DNA from: Edaphobacter aggregans
GTDB lineage: Bacteria; Acidobacteriota; Terriglobia; Terriglobales; Acidobacteriaceae
Direction: 5' to 3'
NCBI GenBank assembly: GCA_022736715.1
Contig: DZDJ01000002.1
Coordinates: forward strand, 26,149 to 90,148
DNA: 64,000 nucleotides
The stretch's first letter is position 1, and every line of letters starts with the position of its first letter. Below the pieces are notes generated by a model. That model was not told the DNA's origin and ran no database searches. It saw only the letters and a program-made list of their open reading frames with translations. Shown one piece after another: positions 48,595 through 57,323 of this stretch. The position numbers and the translations under genes are program-made.

Positions 48595-50583
48595 TCAACT
48601 GAAAAGGAACTCTTTTGTGCGAAGCTCTTTGACCGCATCCCGCAATTTCGCCGCTTTTTCGAACTCAAACTTCTTTGCAGCTTCGCGCATATCGCTTTCC
48701 AGTTTGACGATATGTGCGTCCAACTCATCCTGCGATTTGAACTCCGTTATCGCATCTGCTTCTTCCGTCAGATCGTTATATTCTGCTTGCAGAATGCCTG
48801 CCAGCCCCATTTCCACCGGTCGAATGATGGATTGTGGCGTGATGTTATGCTCCTGGTTATACTCCCGCTGCAGGGCACGCCGGCGGCCCGTCTCGTCCAG
48901 GGCGCGCTGCATGGATTCTGTGATTTTGTCGGCGTAAAGTATGGCCCGGCCGTTCAGGTTGCGGGCGGCGCGGCCGATGGTTTGGATTAGCGAGCCTGTC
49001 GAGCGCAGGAAGCCCTCTTTATCTGCATCCAGAATCGCCACCAGCGAAACCTCTGGCAGATCAAGTCCCTCACGCAACAGGTTGATGCCGATCAATACAT
49101 CGTACTCGCCCTTGCGTAGATCGCGCAGAATCTTCACCCGCTCCAGCGTCTCAATCTCCGAGTGCATATAGCGGCAGCGCACGCCAACCTCAGTGTAGTA
49201 ACCCGCCAGGTCTTCCGCCATGCGCTTTGTCAGCGTGGTTACCAGCACCCGTTCGCCTTTGGATGCACGGTCCCGAATCTCACCGAGCAGGTCGTCAATC
49301 TGGCCGCGCACCGGGCGAATCTCGACCTCTGGGTCGATCAGCCCGGTTGGGCGAATGATCTGCTCCACGACTACGCCACCGGATTTGGTCAGCTCGTAAG
49401 GGCCGGGCGTTGCAGAAACATAAACAATCTGACCAGTTCGATTTTCAAACTCTTCAAATTTCAGCGGACGATTGTCCATTGCCGAAGGCAACCGGAAGCC
49501 GTAGTCCACTAAGTTCTGCTTGCGCGAGCGGTCGCCATGCCACATGCCATGCAATTGCGGCACGGTAGCGTGGGACTCATCGATGAAGAGCAGAAAGTCC
49601 TTCGGAAAATAATCCAGCAGCGTGGGCGGCGGTTCCCCCGGAAGCCTTCCTGAGAAGTGCCGCGAGTAATTCTCAATGCCGTGGCAATACCCCATCGACT
49701 TAATCATTTCCAGGTCGAACCGCGTGCGCTGATGAACACGCTGCGACTCCACCAGCCGGCCTTCCGTTTCCAGTTGCTTTTCCCACCACTCCAGTTCATG
49801 CAGAATGCTATTGATCGCCTCTGTTTTGCGCTCTGGCTGCACAACATAATGCGATTTCGGATAGATGGGCAGCCGGGTATACTTCTGCTTTACGGTGCCA
49901 AAAAGCGGATCAATCAGCGAGAGCGAATCGATTTCATCGCCAAAGAGTTCGATGCGATACGCATTTTCGTCATACGTTGGGTAGACCTCAATCACGTCGC
50001 CGCGAACTCGGAAAGTGCCACGGCGAAAGTCCACATCATTGCGTTCATACAGAATCTCCACCAGCCGCCGCATAATGTCTTTGCGCTGAATACGCTGACC
50101 TTTTTCCAGCAGGAGCAGCATTCCATAGTAGGCCTCTGGAGAACCCAGGCCATAGATGCAGCTCACAGAACTGACAATGATTGCGTCGCGCCGCTCAAAA
50201 AGTGAACGTGTGGCCGAAAGCCGCAGCTTATCCAGTTCCTCATTCACGGTGGCCTCTTTTTCTATGTAGAGGTTGCCGGATGGAATATAGGCCTCCGGTT
50301 GGTAGTAGTCATAATAGGAGACAAAGTATTCAACGGCGTTGTTCGGGAAAAACTGCTTAAATTCGTGGTACAGCTGTGCCGCCAGCGTTTTATTGTGCGC
50401 CAGAATCAGGGCCGGACGATCCAGATCTTCAATAATCTTGGCCATCGTAAATGTCTTACCGGAGCCGGTGACCCCCAGCAACACCTGATGCTTTTCTCCG
50501 CTTAGAATGCCGGACACAAGCTCGCTGATTGCGCGTGGTTGGTCTCCGCGTGGCTGGTAATCGCTGGCTAGTAGAAAATCCAT
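48595..50583 (-). CDS. uvrB: excinuclease ABC subunit B
   Basis: [34 protein letters not shown] and the C-terminal UVR domain ([18 protein letters not shown]). Confidence 0.95.
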   Translation of the reverse strand: MDFLLASDYQPRGDQPRAISELVSGILSGEKHQVLLGVTGSGKTFTMAKIIEDLDRPALILAHNKTLAAQLYHEFKQFFPNNAVEYFVSYYDYYQPEAYIPSGNLYIEKEATVNEELDKLRLSATRSLFERRDAIIVSSVSCIYGLGSPEAYYGMLLLLEKGQRIQRKDIMRRLVEILYERNDVDFRRGTFRVRGDVIEVYPTYDENAYRIELFGDEIDSLSLIDPLFGTVKQKYTRLPIYPKSHYVVQPERKTEAINSILHELEWWEKQLETEGRLVESQRVHQRTRFDLEMIKSMGYCHGIENYSRHFSGRLPGEPPPTLLDYFPKDFLLFIDESHATVPQLHGMWHGDRSRKQNLVDYGFRLPSAMDNRPLKFEEFENRTGQIVYVSATPGPYELTKSGGVVVEQIIRPTGLIDPEVEIRPVRGQIDDLLGEIRDRASKGERVLVTTLTKRMAEDLAGYYTEVGVRCRYMHSEIETLERVKILRDLRKGEYDVLIGINLLREGLDLPEVSLVAILDADKEGFLRSTGSLIQTIGRAARNLNGRAILYADKITESMQRALDETGRRRALQREYNQEHNITPQSIIRPVEMGLAGILQAEYNDLTEEADAITEFKSQDELDAHIVKLESDMREAAKKFEFEKAAKLRDAVKELRTKEFLFS

Positions 50584-50651
50584 AGCACCATTCTATCGAA
50601 TAAAAAGCGAATAAGCCCTCCCCGTCCGATTTGCCATGTTGCGGCGTTCGG

Positions 50652-51335
50652 TCAGGCGATTCCCAGGGCACCCAGCCATTCCTGCGGACGATGCACCAAA
50701 ATGTCCGGCGGGGCCGCTTCCAGCGTATGCGGCGAAAGCCCAAACAGACAGCCGACGGCCCATGCCCCGGCATTGCGCGCCGTGCAGACGTCCACGTCGG
50801 AATCGCCGATCATCACCGTTTCCTCTGGTTTCACTCCCGCCTCGTGAATCAGCGTCTCCAGGCCATGTGGATCGGGCTTTTTGGTGTGGAAGCTGTTGCC
50901 GCCGTAGTTTTGGAAGAAGTAGCGGCTCAGGCCAAAGGCCTTGCATATCTCCCGCGAAGGATTCACCGGCTTATTGGTCAGTACGGCCATCGGCCGCTCG
51001 GCGGCCCGCAACGCATCCAGTGCAGGGAAGACGCCATCATAGACGGTGGTGAAGTCCAGTTTGTGAATGCGGTAGTAGTCCAGAAAAAATTGCAGCGCCT
51101 CTTCTACGAAATGCTCGTCGTCCGGATCACCCAGCGCCCGACGCACCAGCATTCCGGCGCCATCCCCAATGTAGCTGGCGATCACATGTTCCGGCAGTTC
51201 ATGGCAGCCGTAATTGCGCAGCATGACATTGATGGAGTTGCAAAGGTCAATGCGAGAATCAATCAAAGTTCCATCCAGGTCAAAGACCACCAGGCGGATG
51301 TTGGCAACAGGGATGGGCTGAAGGATCGTCGGCAT
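50652..51335 (-). CDS. HAD-IA hydrolase, phosphoglycolate phosphatase-like
   Basis: VVFDLDGTLIDS (motif I), LTNKP (motif II), MIGDSDVDVCTARNAG (motif IV). Confidence 0.8.
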   Translation of the reverse strand: MPTILQPIPVANIRLVVFDLDGTLIDSRIDLCNSINVMLRNYGCHELPEHVIASYIGDGAGMLVRRALGDPDDEHFVEEALQFFLDYYRIHKLDFTTVYDGVFPALDALRAAERPMAVLTNKPVNPSREICKAFGLSRYFFQNYGGNSFHTKKPDPHGLETLIHEAGVKPEETVMIGDSDVDVCTARNAGAWAVGCLFGLSPHTLEAAPPDILVHRPQEWLGALGIA

Positions 51336-51442
51336 AGTTCCAGTATAAGGAAGCTCTGCGTAGGCCTCTGATCTTCGGTATGAAGAGAGTCATTGTTGGT
51401 CAAGAGGCGGATTGAGTTGGTTGCAGCGTGTCTTGTGGGGTC

Positions 51443-51683
51443 GATCACCGCAGTGGTGTTGACCCGTTGATTGAATAGAGACCAATGAATAATGCCTTTC
51501 CCGGCTCATGCCCGATAAATGACGCAATATATGCTGCGCGGGTCATGGCGGTCTCAACTTTTTCACCCTGTGTCTGCTGGTATGCGTTGTACAGGTCCGG
51601 TCTTTCTGCGGCTAGCCAGGGCAGTACCTTGTTCAGGGCAGGCTCTGTTGGCCTATGCGCGCAACCCGGAACGCTTCACCCAT
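51443..51683 (-). pseudogene. frameshifted 5' fragment resembling the N-terminal domain found in a widespread GIY-YIG nuclease-family protein
   Basis: Hand translation of the minus strand gives MGEAFRVARIGQQSLP*, then after a -1/+1 shift near 51625, LNKVLPWLAAERPDLYNAYQQTQGEKVETAMTRAAYIASFIGHEPGKALFIGLYSINGSTPLR*. The pattern (R-hydrophobic-xRH.., YxxYQxxQ, ASFIG...LFIGLY) is recalled from memory and not verified. Confidence 0.4.
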
Positions 51684-51708
51684 GCCCGGCCAATGCATCC
51701 GCCCCAGC

Positions 51709-51811
51709 CCACTGCGGTCTGGATCAACCCACCAACTCCGACCACCGCGACAGAGGGAAATCTACACTAAACTCTGACGCATCCTGTCTCAAAGTCGTTG
51801 ACACGCTCCGC
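51709..51811 (+). repeat. 103-bp perfect inverted repeat, left arm
   Basis: CCACTGCGGTCTGGATCAACCCACC...GTCGTTGACACGCTCCGC is the exact reverse complement of 54086-54188, checked base by base by eye. Confidence 0.9.
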
Positions 51812-52105
51812 AGTGCCCAGTGAGGGAAGTTCCCAGCCTTCAAGTGCCGTCCCGGAACTGGCAGAGTCAATGTCGTTGCGCTCCTGGACGGCATGGCAGT
51901 TTTGGCGGAGCTTTGGTTCTGTCAACGTCAACTGATTGCCCAACGCCCGCTCTGTGCGGACAAGTCCTGAGAGCTGTGTGCCGAGCGAGAACTCGCGCAC
52001 GACTGAGAAGTGCGCTTCGCTTTTGCTCTGACCGTCGAAAAGGTCAAGCACCGCATTCACTGCGTCACGCTGGTACTCCTGATTTGGGTCGAACTGAATT
52101 TGCAT
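51767..52105 (-). pseudogene. 5' fragment (98 codons) of a type III restriction Res-like DEAD/DEAH helicase gene, truncated at the repeat
   Basis: MQIQFDPNQEYQRDAVNAVLDLFDGQ... is the characteristic N-terminus of COG3587-type Res subunits. The native sequence ends at residue ~98 (..WELPSLGT), exactly where the 103-bp repeat begins. The frame then runs 14 codons into the repeat to a stop, before any Walker A motif. Confidence 0.7.
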
Positions 52106-52122
52106 ATCGGGTCTAGTCCTGT

Positions 52123-54015
52123 TTATCCCTTCTCTGACGAAGACGGCTTCGGCCCGGGCCATATGCCTAAAGCAAATTTGAACAAGTCTGCCGATCGATC
52201 CACAATTGTCGCTTCATTCCATTTTTCCTTATCTACCAATTGCAGGTTGATGGGCAAAAGCGAGGATTTGAGAATTTCAGGCTTTTTGGTTGCCCAATCC
52301 GAGTTCGACACGGAAGAGTTCAAAGCCTGAGAGACGATGGTCATATTACCAATGGAGTGAATGAGGGAGTTGCGTCGCCTCGTCGCTATTGCTGCTGCAT
52401 CATCTGGTGCGGCATCCTCAAGTTGAGCATAGGTTAGACCTAATGCACCATTGGGAAGAGGCCAGTTCTCGATCCATCCTTGGGGCATGAGGTGCTCGAC
52501 TGTGAGCGGTGAATCAATCGAAATCGCTTCAGACTTTGTATTGAGATACTTTTCATTCAGACGACGAAATAGATGGACGAGGCGACCTGACTGCAACGCC
52601 TGATATGCACCTCCTGTATTCCATGAAGCTCTGAATGCTTCATCACGCGGCCATTCGTTTGAGTCGCCCCCGAAATCTGAGAGCGCCTGATAAATCCGGT
52701 CTGCCGATGTGCCGTCTTTTCGAAGTGTTCTCGTAAGGCCGAGGAAGACCCGGTTGTAGTTCTTTGTGGTCAGCCCACAGACTGCCCTTCGTAGTAGGTA
52801 TGACTCCAGGGCAATCGAAATTTCCTGCCAATCGGCATCTGAAAGATTTTCTTCGAGAAGGTGTAGGAGAAGTGGGTAGGCCGTGCGTATGTCAAAGTTG
52901 TCAAGGAAAGTGACCAGAGGATAGATGATGTCATCTCTTTGCGGTTCGACAATCCGGCGAAACTGGTCCCCTTGTCTGGACAGTGCCGATAGCTCCGCTT
53001 CAACCGAGGGATAAGGTGCTTTGCCGTTGATCCAATTTTTGTATTCGACGAAGAGGTGCTTAATGGGAATATCAACGGTCAACTTGCTGGCCAGAAAATG
53101 CTGGATGTAAAGATCGCTTCGAGGTCTAAGCAATCGTCCTTGTTTGACCTCATCTCGCCAGAACGGATCGTCGAACTTCCTCCAATATTTGTCATAGAGC
53201 TTCTCTTGAGGTTCGTTCGATCTGGCGGCACGCAGAAAGATGAAGTTGCGTAAGAGATCTGCCGGCAGCAAAGGTTCTCCGCGTGCATTGAGCGTCTCAA
53301 AAATTACCTGTGCGTCGTCTCCCGCCTCCAAGTCAATGACCACAACCTTGAGCAAACTCTTGAGTGCGGTAAATGACAGTTCGACACGTTCTGCCAATGG
53401 TCGCTCCGCCTCCAACGCGGCCTCCTTATCCGTGCCGATGAAGAGCTCGTCCATCTGATCCCGGAAGAACAGATAGGCCTCAACCATTCGAGGCCGTGGA
53501 TCGAAGCTGCGAGCGTACTTTCTCTTGACAAGCGGATAGCGCTTTTCAAGTTCCTTCCTCGATCCGCTTGAGATGACGTCTGTGAACTGTTGGCGGTCTG
53601 CTTGGGTCGGCCAGACTTTGAACTTCTCCACGTCGGGATCGACCATCATCCCTTTGTTGAATACGAATCCTTGTAGCTCGGATGCTACGTCAAGACACTC
53701 ATGCTCGGTGCAAAAGTCACGAAAAGCAGCTACGAAAAGCTGCAAGGTCGTCAAGCGTTGCTGACCGTCAATGACCTGTCGCTTTTCAACGTGAGTGGTC
53801 GGAGTCTGTTTTTGATCTAGGACCATAGCTCCGAGGAAATGAACCGGAGCATCTTGACGGCCCTCCATTTGGTCGATGAACTTCCGAGCGATGTCTTCCC
53901 ATAACGCTTCCCACTGGTGCTCCCTGCTCCAGACATATTGCCGTTGGAACAGCGGAACTTCCAATCGCATCTTTTTCTCGAAAATTCCAAGTAGCGTTAC
54001 CGCATCAGCTTTCAT
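52123..54015 (-). CDS. GmrSD-family type IV restriction-like protein (DUF262 + DUF1524)
   Basis: N-terminal DUF262/ParB-like motifs (LEVPLFQRQYVWSREHQWEALWEDI; VIDGQQRLTTLQLF). C-terminal DUF1524 His-Me finger (LTVEHLMPQGW...HSIGNMTIVSQALNSSVSN). ATG 54015 has an AAGGAGAG RBS; GTG 54030 is the ORF maximum. Confidence 0.85.
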   Translation of the reverse strand: MKADAVTLLGIFEKKMRLEVPLFQRQYVWSREHQWEALWEDIARKFIDQMEGRQDAPVHFLGAMVLDQKQTPTTHVEKRQVIDGQQRLTTLQLFVAAFRDFCTEHECLDVASELQGFVFNKGMMVDPDVEKFKVWPTQADRQQFTDVISSGSRKELEKRYPLVKRKYARSFDPRPRMVEAYLFFRDQMDELFIGTDKEAALEAERPLAERVELSFTALKSLLKVVVIDLEAGDDAQVIFETLNARGEPLLPADLLRNFIFLRAARSNEPQEKLYDKYWRKFDDPFWRDEVKQGRLLRPRSDLYIQHFLASKLTVDIPIKHLFVEYKNWINGKAPYPSVEAELSALSRQGDQFRRIVEPQRDDIIYPLVTFLDNFDIRTAYPLLLHLLEENLSDADWQEISIALESYLLRRAVCGLTTKNYNRVFLGLTRTLRKDGTSADRIYQALSDFGGDSNEWPRDEAFRASWNTGGAYQALQSGRLVHLFRRLNEKYLNTKSEAISIDSPLTVEHLMPQGWIENWPLPNGALGLTYAQLEDAAPDDAAAIATRRRNSLIHSIGNMTIVSQALNSSVSNSDWATKKPEILKSSLLPINLQLVDKEKWNEATIVDRSADLFKFALGIWPGPKPSSSEKG

Positions 54016-54069
54016 ATCTCTCCTTGGCACTCGTTGCTGATCGTTACAGAGTTATAGAGTGGAACTCCG

Positions 54070-54099
54070 TTTACACCGTCTCGAAGCGGAGCGTGTCAA
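54070..54099 (-). promoter_or_regulatory. sigma-70-like promoter candidate for the GmrSD gene (TTGACA-N18-TGTAAA)
   Basis: On the minus strand, TTGACA (54099-54094, inside the repeat arm), an 18-nt spacer, then TGTAAA (54075-54070, in unique DNA), about 50 nt upstream of the ATG. Sequence match only. Confidence 0.3.
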
Positions 54100-54188
54100 C
54101 GACTTTGAGACAGGATGCGTCAGAGTTTAGTGTAGATTTCCCTCTGTCGCGGTGGTCGGAGTTGGTGGGTTGATCCAGACCGCAGTGG
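54086..54188 (-). repeat. 103-bp perfect inverted repeat, right arm
   Basis: Exact reverse complement of 51709-51811. Confidence 0.9.
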
Positions 54189-54402
54189 CCAGGATGGATC
54201 ACCCTGGCCCGTGGCGGACAACTCAGCTTTCGCAGGATACTTACGCAGGCCGCGGCGCGAAGGTTCCATAAAAAATTCCGCGACTACGACTAAAGCAAGG
54301 CATCTGCCTTGGGCTGGATACCGAAGGCAACTCCTTTTGTGCCGCAGCTTTGCTCCTGCCATTAGCGTTGGCCTCCATGCCCGGCTGCTTTATGATTGCA
54401 CA

Positions 54403-55857
54403 ATGCTGGAATGGGCACTTTTCCGCGGCGTAGCCATTGCATTCCTGATCCTTGCCAACAGTTTTTTTGTGGCGGCAGAGCTGGCTCTGGTCAGCGTCCG
54501 GGAGACGCGCATTCAACAGTTGATCGCCCAGGGGCGCTCCGGCGCCAGCACCGTCCTGAAGCTGAAGCAAACACTCGACGAATTTTTGCCCGCAGTCCAG
54601 TTTGGCGTCACCCTGGCCAGCCTGGCGCTGGGCTGGATCGGCGAACCCATGGTGGCCCAGATTTTTGAAGGCTGGATGATCGACATCCCCCATGTGCATC
54701 TGTACGCGCATCTTCTGGCGATTCCGGCGGCATTTCTGCTGATTACTTATTTCACCGTGCTCCTGGGAGAACTGGTTCCCAAGGCGCTGGCGTTGCAGCG
54801 CCCGGAGCAGATTGCGCTGGCCGTGGCCGGCCCTATGGATCTTTTTATCCGGATGACCCGGCCTGCCGTGACGCTGATGAACCGCTCGGCTGGACTGGTT
54901 CTGCGCCTCTTCAATACTCCTATGCGCGGCGAAGCTGCGGCCCATTCGCCAGAAGAGCTGAAGATGATCGCCACGGCGACGCGGAAGATGGGCCTGCTGC
55001 CGGCTTTCCAGGAAGAGATCATCCACCGCGCCATTGAGCTGAACTATCTGGTGGTGCGGGAGATTATGACGCCGCGCCGCCGCATTTTTTCGTTGCCCGC
55101 GGACATGCTCATTGAGCAGGCCAGCGCCCGCATAGTGGAGGAGCAGCATTCCCGCGTGCCAGTGTATGACCCGGCGTATGGTCCGGAACATATCATCGGC
55201 ATTGTTTACTCCAAGGACATTTCACGGTTGATGCACTTTCGCATGATGACAGCGCGCAACCAGGACCCGGAGCGCCAGGTGCGGACTCCGTTCATCGATC
55301 TGCGGCTGCAGCAGGTGATGCGCGATGCTCTGGTGATGCCGGAGACCAAGCTCGTTGCAGACCTGTTGCAGGAGTTCCAGAAACGGCGGCGGCAAATGGC
55401 CATTGTTGTGGATGAGTTTGGCACCACGGTCGGTCTGGTGACGGCGGAGGACGCCCTGGAACAGATTGTTGGTGAACTGGAAGATGAGTTTGACATTGCC
55501 GCCAAGCCGGTTCTGAGCACCGCTTCCGGAGCATTGGTGCTGGATGGTAGTGTGAATCTGCGCGACCTGGAAACGCAGATGCAGTGGAAGCTGCCGCGGG
55601 ATGCCGGGGTGGATTCCCTGGCGGGATTTGTGCTTGTGCTGGCTGGGCATATCCCTGAGCCGGAAGAGAGTGTGCAATATGGCGGCCGCAGATTCACCGT
55701 GGTGGAGATGCTGGGCCATCGCATCAGCCGCATTCGCGTCGAACCTTTGGATAAGATGGATGCAGGCAGGGCCCAGGCAGAGTTGAATTTTGACGGTGCA
55801 GGCAGCAACCCCGCACCCCAGGCGAATCTGCCGGGCGGAAAGGATGTAGAGAAATAG
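54403..55857 (+). CDS. CNNM/CorC-HlyC family transporter (DUF21 + CBS pair + CorC_HlyC)
   Basis: N-terminal DUF21 membrane domain (FFVAAELALVSVR), a CBS region (VREIMTPRRRIFSL...) and a C-terminal transporter-associated domain (GRRFTVVEMLGHRISRIRVE). ATG 54403. Confidence 0.85.
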   Translation: MLEWALFRGVAIAFLILANSFFVAAELALVSVRETRIQQLIAQGRSGASTVLKLKQTLDEFLPAVQFGVTLASLALGWIGEPMVAQIFEGWMIDIPHVHLYAHLLAIPAAFLLITYFTVLLGELVPKALALQRPEQIALAVAGPMDLFIRMTRPAVTLMNRSAGLVLRLFNTPMRGEAAAHSPEELKMIATATRKMGLLPAFQEEIIHRAIELNYLVVREIMTPRRRIFSLPADMLIEQASARIVEEQHSRVPVYDPAYGPEHIIGIVYSKDISRLMHFRMMTARNQDPERQVRTPFIDLRLQQVMRDALVMPETKLVADLLQEFQKRRRQMAIVVDEFGTTVGLVTAEDALEQIVGELEDEFDIAAKPVLSTASGALVLDGSVNLRDLETQMQWKLPRDAGVDSLAGFVLVLAGHIPEPEESVQYGGRRFTVVEMLGHRISRIRVEPLDKMDAGRAQAELNFDGAGSNPAPQANLPGGKDVEK

Positions 55858-55919
55858 TGGCAACAGCTTCTGTATCAGTACCCCTTGCATCCACTGGAAA
55901 ATGGTCCCGTGCCGGTGGC

Positions 55920-56840
55920 ATGATGGTGCGCCGGTTGATTTATCTGGTTCCCGTCGTCTGGGTCGTGGTATCGCTGGTCTTTTTTCTCATCCATCTGGTT
56001 CCCGGCGATCCGGTGGTGCAGATGCTGGGCGAGGGCGCCACCGGGTCCGACATCGCCACATTGCGCCACGCCTATGGGTTGGATGCGCCGCTCAGTCAGC
56101 AGTATCTGCACTACTGGGAGCAGGTGCTGCATGGCGACCTGGGACGTTCCTTCCGCCTGAATGATTCGGTGACACACCTGATTCTGCAGCGCTACCCGTA
56201 CACGCTGGAGCTCACGCTCTGTTCGTTGATCGTTGCGCTGCTGCTGGCTGTGCCGGCTGGTGTGGCCTCGGCGCTGCATCGGGCCCGCTGGCAGGACAAA
56301 GTGCTTGGCTTTGTCAGTCTGCTGGGGCTTTCCTTTCCCAACTTCGCACTGGGCCCCATTCTGATCCTGATTGTTTCCATCAAGCTGGGGTGGCTGCCGG
56401 TATCGGGGGCGGGAACTGGTTCCAGTTTTCTGCTGCATCTCATACTTCCGGCCATCACCATGGGCAGCGGACTGGCCGCTATTCTGACGCGCATGGTGCG
56501 CACCTCCATGCTGGAGGAAATGGGGCAGGACTATATCCGGACGGCCCGCGCCAAAGGACTTACCGAGAATGCCGTGGTTTATCGCCATGCACTTCGCAAT
56601 GCCATGGTGCCGGTGTTGACCGTCGTCGGTTTGCAGTTTGGCTCGCTGCTCTCCGGGGCCATTGTGACTGAGACGATCTTCAGTTGGCCGGGAATCGGCC
56701 GGCTGACCATTACTGCCATCTACAACCGCGACTACGCGCTGGTGCAGGGCTGCATCTTGGCAGTGGGGCTCACCTATATTCTGGTCAACCTGCTGACGGA
56801 TGTGCTGTACACCATTGCCAATCCGCGCATGCAGGGATAA
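55920..56840 (+). CDS. ABC transporter permease, DppB/OppB-like (peptide/nickel family)
   Basis: N-terminus MMVRRLIYLVPVVWVVVSLVFFLIHLVPGDPV, the EAA-loop region YIRTARAKGL and the C-terminus LLTDVLYTIANPRMQ. Confidence 0.88.
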   Translation: MMVRRLIYLVPVVWVVVSLVFFLIHLVPGDPVVQMLGEGATGSDIATLRHAYGLDAPLSQQYLHYWEQVLHGDLGRSFRLNDSVTHLILQRYPYTLELTLCSLIVALLLAVPAGVASALHRARWQDKVLGFVSLLGLSFPNFALGPILILIVSIKLGWLPVSGAGTGSSFLLHLILPAITMGSGLAAILTRMVRTSMLEEMGQDYIRTARAKGLTENAVVYRHALRNAMVPVLTVVGLQFGSLLSGAIVTETIFSWPGIGRLTITAIYNRDYALVQGCILAVGLTYILVNLLTDVLYTIANPRMQG

Positions 56841-56849
56841 AACGGCAGC

Positions 56850-57320
56850 TTATCGGCCGGGCGTAGCGCCCAGCTCGATGATTTCTGCTTCCAGTTGACC
56901 GGCCTGCAGGTAAATACGGCCGACCGTGAGGGGCAGGGAAAACCGCCGTGGCCCCGCGCTGCCCGGATTGCAATAGAGCACGCCATTTTTCAGGGAAATT
57001 TCCGGGCGATGCGAGTGCCCGCTCAGAACCACGGAAATGCCAGCCGCTTCAGGCTTCAGGTCCAGTTCGTGCAGGTCGTGCAACAGGTAAAAGAACTTCC
57101 CTCCCAGCTCCACCAGCTCCGTGGCCGGAAGCAGGGCAACGTCGCCAAAGCGGTCGATATTGCCGCGGACAGCCGTCACTGGCGCAATCTGCCGTAGCTG
57201 CTCCAGAATTGCGATGTCGCCCACATCGCCCGCATGCAGAATATGGTCCGAACCCTCCACTGCCCGCAGTGCTTCCGCGCGCAACAGGCCATGTGTGTCC
57301 GAGATCAGCCCAATCTGCAT
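56850..57320 (-). CDS. YfcE/MJ0936-type metallophosphoesterase
   Basis: Motifs ISDTHG, HAGDVGD, GNID and SGHSH in a 156-aa ORF. Confidence 0.8.
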   Translation of the reverse strand: MQIGLISDTHGLLRAEALRAVEGSDHILHAGDVGDIAILEQLRQIAPVTAVRGNIDRFGDVALLPATELVELGGKFFYLLHDLHELDLKPEAAGISVVLSGHSHRPEISLKNGVLYCNPGSAGPRRFSLPLTVGRIYLQAGQLEAEIIELGATPGR

Positions 57321-57323
57321 GGA

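Noticed and set aside
51760-51800. TCTGACGC inside the 103-bp repeat, matching an 8-mer of the Tn3-family terminal inverted repeat
   Set aside because: Only 8 nt match, they lie inside the repeat rather than at its tip, and no transposase or resolvase gene is present. Most likely coincidence.
54211-54402. N-terminal 64-codon extension of the CorC/CNNM ORF starting at 54211
   Set aside because: The extension (MADNSAFAGYLRRPRREGSIKNSATTTKARHLPWAGYRRQ...) is basic, low-complexity sequence lying just downstream of the right repeat arm. The DUF21 membrane domain begins right after ATG 54403.
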